Both the position numbers and the translations under genes were made by a program. From Candidatus Saccharimonadia bacterium (GTDB taxonomy: Bacteria; Patescibacteriota; Saccharimonadia; UBA4664), in assembly GCA_036488585.1 (NCBI GenBank), contig DASXHH010000014.1, positions 2,410 through 66,409 of the forward strand: DNA of 64,000 nucleotides. The letters are read 5' to 3'. Numbering within the stretch: position 1 is the first letter of the stretch; the number at the start of each line of letters is the position of its first letter. Positions 57,321 through 64,000 of this stretch are shown piece by piece. Under the pieces are notes generated by a model. The model was given only the letters and a program-made list of their open reading frames with translations, was not told the DNA's origin and searched no databases.

Positions 57321-57725
57321 GTGGCAGGATATTCAAGTAAGAATTTGATCGATAAATTGGGTGTGAAGCCGGGGATGCGGGCGATTGTGATGCGCGCGCC
57401 CAGGGGATACGTGGAGCTGCTGCCGGAGCTCGAGGAGCGAGCGAAGGTGGCGGTACGTCTGAGCGGGCGCTTTGATTTAGTGCAATATTTCGCGACTAGC
57501 GAAGAGCAACTGGGGGCGGTAATGCCGAACCTGGCGGCACATCTTGAGCCGGGTGGAATGCTGTGGGTGAGTTGGGCTAAGCGCACGTCGCCGCTGAACT
57601 CGGGCTTGGATGAGAGTATTGTGCGGCGGTTGGGGCTTAAGGCGGGCCTGGTGGATGTGAAGGTGGCGGCCCTGACAGAGGATTGGTCGGGGTTGAAATT
57701 TGTATACCGGCTGGCCGACCGCTAA
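57321..57725 (+). CDS. DUF3052-like protein
   Basis: GYSSKNLIDKLGVKPG...GMLWVSWAK...GLVDVKVAALTEDWSGLKF. Confidence 0.8.
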   Translation: MAGYSSKNLIDKLGVKPGMRAIVMRAPRGYVELLPELEERAKVAVRLSGRFDLVQYFATSEEQLGAVMPNLAAHLEPGGMLWVSWAKRTSPLNSGLDESIVRRLGLKAGLVDVKVAALTEDWSGLKFVYRLADR

Positions 57726-57735
57726 AATTGGCGCA

Positions 57736-58743
57736 ATGTTAAATTACGAATCGCTTCACAATCACACGACGGCGTCGGATGGCACGCAGGATTATCTGGA
57801 GGTGCTAAAGACGGCTGAGCAGCACGGTTTGGGCGTGATGGCGCTGACTGATCACGATGCGTTGCCGGGTGAGCAGGACCTGGTGCGGTTGCGGGCCTAC
57901 GATGGCCCGATTAAGTGGTTGGTGGGGATTGAGCTCACTAGTTACGTACCGCGTGAGGTTGGTGGGCCGGAAAAGGGTGCGTTGCATGTGCTGGGGCTGT
58001 TCGTGGATCCGACCAACCGGCCGCTTAAAGAGTTTTGCGCGCAGGCCGAGGAAGGCCGACGGGTGCGGATGCGGGCGATCATTAAGCACCTGCAAGGGAT
58101 CGGTTTCCAGGTAACCGAAGACGACGTGCTGCGCCATGCACCCTCGAAGAACATCGTGTTACCGCATATGGTGGCGGCGGTGATGGAGAAGCCCGAGAAC
58201 CGGAAGTTGGCTGATGAGATTCGGGGGCGGATGCGGCAGGAGGCTGAGCATAACGCCGAGGTGAAGCAGGCGTACGATAGCATGTTGGAGTTTGGGCCCA
58301 AGCAGTATCCATACGCGTTGTTTATGACGAAACATGCTTATCTGCCGATGGTGCAAGACGAGGTGGTGAATCTGCTCGACCTGGACGGAACGGTGAAGCT
58401 GATTCGGGAAGCGGGTGGCGTGGCGGTGATGGGCCACTGGTTTTTTAACGAGAACAAGCTGAACGAGGCGGGGCTAGCGGCAGTCCTGGAACGCGGAGGG
58501 CTGGACGGGCTCGAGAGCGTAATCGTGAACACAATGGGCGACAAGGCGCCGGATGAGGACGTGCGGCGGACGCGCGAGTTGATCCGGCGGTATGGCGTGG
58601 CCGAAACAATGGGCTCGGATAGCCACTCGGCGGCAGATGTGGCAGCATTTGCGGGGAGCAAATTCGCGGCGGAATCGGCGGGACAAACAACGCGGCTGAT
58701 CGAGCGGTTTAAGCCGGATCTGCGCTGGAGCAACTGGGCCTAG
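57736..58743 (+). CDS. PHP-domain phosphoesterase
   Basis: LHNHTTASDG, ALTDHD, GIE, LHVLG, GSDSH. Confidence 0.9.
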   Translation: MLNYESLHNHTTASDGTQDYLEVLKTAEQHGLGVMALTDHDALPGEQDLVRLRAYDGPIKWLVGIELTSYVPREVGGPEKGALHVLGLFVDPTNRPLKEFCAQAEEGRRVRMRAIIKHLQGIGFQVTEDDVLRHAPSKNIVLPHMVAAVMEKPENRKLADEIRGRMRQEAEHNAEVKQAYDSMLEFGPKQYPYALFMTKHAYLPMVQDEVVNLLDLDGTVKLIREAGGVAVMGHWFFNENKLNEAGLAAVLERGGLDGLESVIVNTMGDKAPDEDVRRTRELIRRYGVAETMGSDSHSAADVAAFAGSKFAAESAGQTTRLIERFKPDLRWSNWA

Positions 58744-58789
58744 AGCAGCAGTTGCCCCGCCTTCAAGACGAAGTGCGGGGCTAACTGAA

Positions 58790-59088
58790 AGAGTGGAGGA
58801 TAAGCGAGCGGGAGCGTAACGGCCTCGATCGAGATGGCGCTCGATATGCGCCCCTCCGACCGCGAGCTCGTCGGGCCAGGTGATCGGGCCCGCTTGGATG
58901 TCGCGGGCGACCAGCCGCCGGTGCAGGTCCTCGGTGATGTTGGTGCGCGAGCGTTGTCTGGTACTCGGTGCGCCGGTATTGGCGGCTTCCCAGACGGCGG
59001 TTTCGATGGCGGCCTCGATCGTTACCAGGCGGCCATCGATACGGAGGTAAAACAGGATTTTCCTGCGTGGCGGCCTATGCTGAGGCAA
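58790..59088 (-). CDS. Probable accessory gene with no stop codon before its hairpin (frame stays open to 58474)
   Basis: Promoter TTGACG-N17-TAGAAT (59164-59136), SD GAGAGGAG, TTG start, C-ending codons. Confidence 0.4.
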
Positions 59089-59228
59089 CTTCGAGGACTC
59101 CTCTCGATGTGGGGGTGCTCTTTCAGAATGCCATGATTCTAACACGTTTATGCTTTTACGTCAATGTATGGCGCAAGGCGTTTTCGCGTTTTGTTCGCAT
59201 GGCGCCAGATGGGGCGTATAATCAGATT

Positions 59229-61082
59229 ATGGACGAGGTGGCGGAGGTAAAATCGCGGCTTGAGATCACAGAGGTGGTCGGGGCGTATGTGCCATTGAAG
59301 CAGGCTGGGCGTAACTTGAAGGCGCCGTGTCCGTTTCATCAAGAGAAGACGGCGAGCTTTATGGTGAGCCCCGATAAAGGCATCTACCATTGCTTTGGCT
59401 GTGGCGAGGGCGGCGACATTTTTAACTTCGTGATGAAGATGGAGGGCGTGGACTTTAAGCAGGCGCTCGAAATGCTGGCACGAAAAGCCGGCGTGGAGCT
59501 GAAGGCGCGCAGCGGTGAGAGCAAGGAGGCGGGACGGCTGCGGGCGCGATTGCTGGAAGCACATGAGCTCGCAGTGAGGTATTTTCAGGCCAACCTGGTG
59601 GGGAACCGTAAGGCGCTCGAGTACGTGATTAAAAAGCGTGGCTTGAATAACCAGACGATTAGAGATTTTTTGATTGGCTATGCGCCGGATACCTGGGAAG
59701 GACTGACGGCGGCGCTTACGAAAAAAGGGTTCAACGCCAAGGAGATGCTTCAGGGTGGACTGGCTGGGCAGAAGGAAGGTCGATCGACGGTATACGACCT
59801 GTTTCGGGGGCGGGTGATGTTTACGATTTGCGACCGGGAGGGCCGGCCGGTTGGATTTACGGGACGGGTGCTGGACGATTCGGTGCCGAAGTACCTTAAC
59901 ACGCCGCAGACGCCGCTGTACGACAAATCGTCGGTGATTTTTGCACTGCATTTGGCTAAGGAGGCGATTCGGCAGGCCGACGAGGTGGTGCTAGTGGAGG
60001 GGCAGATGGATGTGGTGGCGAGCCATCAGGCAGGCGTGCGACAGGTGGTGGCTACGAGTGGTACGGCTATGACGATGGAGCATTTGCGGACTTTAAGTAA
60101 GCTGACGAAGAACATTAAGCTGGCATTTGATGCTGATCGGGCGGGCTTGGCGGCGACCGAGCGGGCAATTGAGATGGGTCAGAAATTGGGGTTAACCTTG
60201 CGGATGGTCGAGCTGCCAGAGGGCATAAAAGACGCCGATGAGTTGATTCAGAAGGATGTGGAGGCTTGGCGACAGGCGATAGCTGGGGCCAAATACATTG
60301 TGGATTATTTGTTTGACCGGTTTGAAGCTGATTTTGACTTGGAAAGCGCGGTGGGCAAGCGCGGGTATGCGGACCGGTTGGCGGCGAACTTGCGGCGGCT
60401 GGGTGATCCGGTGGAACAGGATCATTATGTGAAGTTGTTGGCCGGCAAGACTGGGACGAGCGAGGAAGCGGTGCGGGCTAAGATCGCGCAGACTAGTGAT
60501 GGGGGTACCGGTCCTGCCACCACCGGTACCCCGCTGTCATCGCCAAGCTCCCCTGGCCACCGGGCAGCGGGGTCCCCGCCTGTGGTGTCACCTGTAGCTT
60601 CTGCCGTCACCCGAGACCAACAGCCCATTCGCCGGGCGGTGGTGCAGACGCAGGGTAAGCCGACTGCTCGGCAGAAGATGGAGGAGTCGTTGTTGGGGCT
60701 GACGTTGAACAACATGACAGCGCGGGCGAGCCTGGATGATCTAACGGCGGTGCATTTTTCGTCGCCGGAGCGGGTCTTGATTTTCGAACAGCTGAAGTCC
60801 AAGGTCGGTGAGCCCGGGGAGGTGGTGGCGGCCGGATTGGGCGAACTTGGGACGTATGCCAAACAGTTGATGCTAATCGGTGAGAATGAGTTTGGTGACG
60901 TGGATGAGTCGGCGCTGGCCTTCGAAGCGTTTTCGTTGGCCCACAACGTGATGCTGAGGGGTAATGGCGATCGCAAGCGGCAGTTGGGGGCGCAAATCCA
61001 AGAGGCCGAGGGGCGGGGTGATCAGGCGGAAGTGGGTAGGTTGATGCAGGAGTTCCAGGATATTATACGCACTGAAGTGTGA
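59229..61082 (+). CDS. dnaG: DNA primase
   Basis: CPFHQEKTASF, HCFGC, FRGRVMF, PKYLNTP, VEGQMDV, FDADRAG; start at MDEVAE. Confidence 0.97.
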   Translation: MDEVAEVKSRLEITEVVGAYVPLKQAGRNLKAPCPFHQEKTASFMVSPDKGIYHCFGCGEGGDIFNFVMKMEGVDFKQALEMLARKAGVELKARSGESKEAGRLRARLLEAHELAVRYFQANLVGNRKALEYVIKKRGLNNQTIRDFLIGYAPDTWEGLTAALTKKGFNAKEMLQGGLAGQKEGRSTVYDLFRGRVMFTICDREGRPVGFTGRVLDDSVPKYLNTPQTPLYDKSSVIFALHLAKEAIRQADEVVLVEGQMDVVASHQAGVRQVVATSGTAMTMEHLRTLSKLTKNIKLAFDADRAGLAATERAIEMGQKLGLTLRMVELPEGIKDADELIQKDVEAWRQAIAGAKYIVDYLFDRFEADFDLESAVGKRGYADRLAANLRRLGDPVEQDHYVKLLAGKTGTSEEAVRAKIAQTSDGGTGPATTGTPLSSPSSPGHRAAGSPPVVSPVASAVTRDQQPIRRAVVQTQGKPTARQKMEESLLGLTLNNMTARASLDDLTAVHFSSPERVLIFEQLKSKVGEPGEVVAAGLGELGTYAKQLMLIGENEFGDVDESALAFEAFSLAHNVMLRGNGDRKRQLGAQIQEAEGRGDQAEVGRLMQEFQDIIRTEV

Positions 61083-61277
61083 TATAATTATGTTGTACTG
61101 ATTTTGGGAGTGTGAGTGAGGTGCGCTCGCTCCGGCAGACCACAGTTTCCTGAGAGGACTGATAGAAGGCTGCATGAGGCATCACATAACAAGGATTGAA
61201 AGTTGCACAACGCCAAGGGAAAGGGCGGAGTGTGACTTATTGTCGTAGTAACGACTAGTAGTGAAAGGGAGGCAAAT

Positions 61278-62384
61278 TTGGCCAAAAAAGTAGTTGAAGA
61301 ACAGGAGCTCGAGCGGACCTCTGGCTACTCGCCAGAGGTGGAGCGGCTGATTACCAAGGGCAAGGAGCAGGGTTATGTGACTCAGCAGGAGATTGCCGGT
61401 GTGCTGCCCGAGGCGGAGGAGAACCTGGAGGAGCTCGATGAGCTGTACGCAGCGCTGCTGGAGCAGGGTATCGAGATTACCGACCAGAAGGATGCTCTGA
61501 TCTGGGACAAGGACGAGGAAGATGCGACCGAATCCAACGACGATTACATCAAGGACATCGCCGATGACTCGGTGCGGCTGTACCTGCGCGAGATTGGCAA
61601 GATCCCGCTTTTGACCGGTGAGCAAGAGGTGACGTTGGCCAAGCGCATTGAAGCTGGCGATAAGGCCGCTAAGGACGCGATGGCCGAGGCCAACATGCGG
61701 TTGGTGGTGAGTATCGCGAAGAAGTACATTGGCCGTGGTTTGGACCTATTGGATCTGATCCAAGAGGGTAACACTGGTCTGCTGCGCGCGGTCGAGAAAT
61801 TTGATTACACCAAGGGGTACAAGTTTTCGACGTATGCGACGTGGTGGATTCGCCAGGCGATTACGCGGGCGATCGCAGACCAGGCGCGCACTATTCGCAT
61901 TCCGGTACACATGGTGGAGACGATCAATAAGCTGATCCGCACCCAGCGCCGGTTGGTGCAGGAGCTCGGACGTGAGCCGCTGCCCGAGGAGATTGCCGCC
62001 GAGATGGAGATGGATGTGGAGAAGGTGAACCACATCCTGAAGATCAAGCAGGACATCGTAAGCCTTGAGGCGCCGGTGGGTGAGGAAGAGGATTCACAGC
62101 TGGGCGACTTTATCGCCGACGAAGACTCGCTGACGCCGGAAGAGGCGGCTACACACCAGCTGCTCAAAGAGCACGTGAACGCCGTGTTGCAGCTGCTGAC
62201 GCCGCGCGAGCAGAAAATTTTGCGCATGCGGTTTGGATTGGAAGACGGCCGGTCGCACACCTTGGAAGAGGTGGGGCAAGAATTTGGCGTGACGCGTGAG
62301 CGCATTCGCCAGATTGAGGCCAAGGCGCTGGCTAAGCTGCGCAAACACCGTGAGAGTAAAAAGCTGCGGGATTATTTGCGGTAA
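61278..62384 (+). CDS. rpoD: Primary RNA polymerase sigma factor RpoD
   Basis: Region 1.1 present, [38 protein letters not shown]; follows dnaG. Confidence 0.98.
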   Translation: MAKKVVEEQELERTSGYSPEVERLITKGKEQGYVTQQEIAGVLPEAEENLEELDELYAALLEQGIEITDQKDALIWDKDEEDATESNDDYIKDIADDSVRLYLREIGKIPLLTGEQEVTLAKRIEAGDKAAKDAMAEANMRLVVSIAKKYIGRGLDLLDLIQEGNTGLLRAVEKFDYTKGYKFSTYATWWIRQAITRAIADQARTIRIPVHMVETINKLIRTQRRLVQELGREPLPEEIAAEMEMDVEKVNHILKIKQDIVSLEAPVGEEEDSQLGDFIADEDSLTPEEAATHQLLKEHVNAVLQLLTPREQKILRMRFGLEDGRSHTLEEVGQEFGVTRERIRQIEAKALAKLRKHRESKKLRDYLR

Positions 62385-62403
62385 GTTCGGTGCTAATGCG
62401 CGA

Positions 62404-62435
62404 ACCAAAAAGGAGCCTACGGGCTCCTTTTTGGT
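62404..62435. terminator. Bidirectional terminator
   Basis: accaaaaaggagcc-tacg-ggctcctttttggt. Confidence 0.85.
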
Positions 62436-62441
62436 CGGATG

Positions 62442-62867
62442 CTATTTGCTGATAGGTTGTTCGGCAGTGATGAGTTTGGTGACGAGGCCGTGGAGCATAT
62501 CGCGCTCGGCTTCGCTGAGGCGAGGGCAGCCGAGCAGATCCGGCAGCGCGGCGTAGATCTCGTCGACGGCGGTGCGGCCTTGGGCGGTGAGCTGCAGGGT
62601 TTTGGTGCGGCGGTCGAGGGCGCCTTCCTGGCGCGTGATGAGGCCGGTGGCGACTAGCCGGTCGACGATGCCGGTGACATTGGACGCGTCAGTATGCAGG
62701 GTATCGGCGACGCGACCCATAGTGGAAGCGCCCTGCGAGATGGCATAGAGCGTATGGACCTGCATGATCGTGAGATCGTAGCGCTCAGCGGCCTGGGCCA
62801 TGCTGGTCTTCATGCGACCTATAAGAGCGAGCAAATCTTGGCAAACTTGTTGCGACGTGACTTTCAT
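62442..62867 (-). CDS. MarR-family transcriptional regulator
   Basis: LTIMQ...DASNVTGIVDRLVATGLITR...DRRTKTLQLT..G. Confidence 0.92.
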   Translation of the reverse strand: MKVTSQQVCQDLLALIGRMKTSMAQAAERYDLTIMQVHTLYAISQGASTMGRVADTLHTDASNVTGIVDRLVATGLITRQEGALDRRTKTLQLTAQGRTAVDEIYAALPDLLGCPRLSEAERDMLHGLVTKLITAEQPISK

Positions 62868-62887
62868 GTCTTCATTATAGTACTAAT

Positions 62888-62914
62888 TTAATATTTGACA
62901 ACTTCAAATATTAA
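62888..62914. promoter_or_regulatory. Probable MarR operator
   Basis: Perfect inverted repeat TTAATATTTGA-N5-TCAAATATTAA overlapping a TTGACA, between divergent marR and MFS. Confidence 0.75.
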
Positions 62915-62991
62915 TATAAACTACAATTTATAATCATAAAGTTCGAATCTAGCAAAGATTGGCAAAATAAAGTATAAGCACGGGAGGTGCG

Positions 62992-64000
62992 ATGATTGAA
63001 GAGGTGAAACACAAGGGAATGGCGCTGGCAGTATTGGCTGCGGCTCAGTTCATGGTGATCTTGGACGCCACCATCGTGAACGTGGCGCTGCCGGCGATTC
63101 AGAAGGCGCTGGGTTTTAATACAGCCTCGGATTTGCAGTGGGTGGTGACCGCTTACGCCTTGGCGTTTGGCGGTTTTTTGCTGCTCGGCGGGCGGCTGGC
63201 TGATTTGTTTGGCCGGCGGCGGATGTTTATGGCCGGCGTAAGTTTGTTCGCGCTGGCGTCATTGGCGGGAGGGTTCGCACAGAACCCGGCGATGCTGGTG
63301 ACGTTCCGGGCGATTCAGGGACTGGGAGGCGCGCTACTGGCACCCGCAGCTTTGTCGCTCGTGTTAACCATCTTTAAGGAGGGTCCGGAGCGTAACCGGG
63401 CGCTGGGTTTGTGGAGCATGGTGGCCGGCGGCGGTGGTGCGGTGGGACTGCTACTGGGCGGCGTGCTGACGCAATACGTGGACTGGCGCTGGATCTTCTT
63501 CATTAACGTGCCGATCGCTGCCTTAGTGCTGGCGATGGCGATGCGGTTCGTGCCCAAGAGCTTGCCGGCTAAGCGGCAAAGTATGGACCTGCTGGGTGCA
63601 GTGACTGTAACCGGCAGTTTGATGAGCTTGGTGTATGCATTGGCCCAGGTGCCGACCAGGGGCTGGGGGAGCGGTCTGACATTGGGGGCGTTTGGAGTAT
63701 CGGTTGGATTGATGGTGGCGTTCGTGGTGAACGAGCTGGTGCGCAAACAGCCGCTGATAAAGCTGGGTATCTTTAGGCGCCGGAACGTGAGCGGCGGGAC
63801 GATTATTCAGGTGCTGATGCCGGCGGCACTGTTTGGGATGTTTTTCTACCTATCGATCTATTTGCAACAGGTCCTGCACTACTCGCCGACTAAGACCGGG
63901 CTCGCGAACGTACCGTTTACGCTAGTGCTGATCGTGGTGGCAGGGACTTTATCACGGTTTATCGCCAAGCTTAATCCCAAGCCAATCCTGGTAGTGGCGC
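62992..64000 (+). CDS. DHA2 (EmrB/QacA) MFS transporter, truncated by window end
   Basis: Manual translation MIEEVKHKGMALAVLAAAQFMVILDATIVNVALP...GGRLADLFGRRR...WRWIFFINVP; GGGAGG SD. Confidence 0.93.
   Translation, partial: MIEEVKHKGMALAVLAAAQFMVILDATIVNVALPAIQKALGFNTASDLQWVVTAYALAFGGFLLLGGRLADLFGRRRMFMAGVSLFALASLAGGFAQNPAMLVTFRAIQGLGGALLAPAALSLVLTIFKEGPERNRALGLWSMVAGGGGAVGLLLGGVLTQYVDWRWIFFINVPIAALVLAMAMRFVPKSLPAKRQSMDLLGAVTVTGSLMSLVYALAQVPTRGWGSGLTLGAFGVSVGLMVAFVVNELVRKQPLIKLGIFRRRNVSGGTIIQVLMPAALFGMFFYLSIYLQQVLHYSPTKTGLANVPFTLVLIVVAGTLSRFIAKLNPKPILVVA

Noticed and set aside
58968-59228. N-terminal extension of dnaG in the ORF track
   Set aside because: Primase homology begins at MDEVAE (59229), which has a leaderless -10 box; the extension overlaps a minus-strand promoter and gene.
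1-64000. CRISPR array, prophage, IS element or integron
   Set aside because: No regularly spaced direct repeats, cas, capsid/terminase, transposase or integrase genes seen. The hairpins flanking accessory genes differ in sequence and lack attC-type GTTRRRY/RYYYAAC ends as far as I could check by eye.

Overview
Bacterial chromosome segment starting at the replication origin (yidC-rnpA-rpmH / dnaA-dnaN-recF-dciA). Gene content and style point, by inference, to a Patescibacteria/CPR genome, most likely Saccharimonadia (TM7), whose cultured members are epibionts of Actinomycetota. The indicators are a PrgI/VirB4/VirB6-like T4SS locus with a five-gene VirB2/TrbC-like pilin array, tRNA-Arg(GCG), bifunctional PGI/PMI and many leaderless core genes. 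Other core genes: valS, tsaC, tsaD, femX-like, murE, PMM, groES-groEL with CIRCE, ABC transporter, msrB, dnaG, rpoD, marR-MFS and five tRNAs. The most striking pattern is about 20 accessory genes dropped singly or in small cassettes between core genes, even inside the oriC region. Most have a TTGACA-N17-type promoter, a strong SD (several in a CACCCC-GA(A)GGAG context) and long GC-rich hairpins. Several encode divergent homologues of actinobacterial regulators: an SsgA/SsgB-family cell-division protein, an HrdB-like sigma factor (additional to the native RpoD), two ClpC N-terminal-domain proteins, a stand-alone sigma region 4, an RsbW-like ATPase, a cyclic-phosphate receiver-like domain, an SPFH lipoprotein. 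One cassette ends in a complete type III hammerhead ribozyme (52000-52055, minus). Working hypothesis (untested): a host-mimic effector arsenal for reprogramming an actinobacterial host. All family assignments come from reading motifs by eye; no database searches were run.
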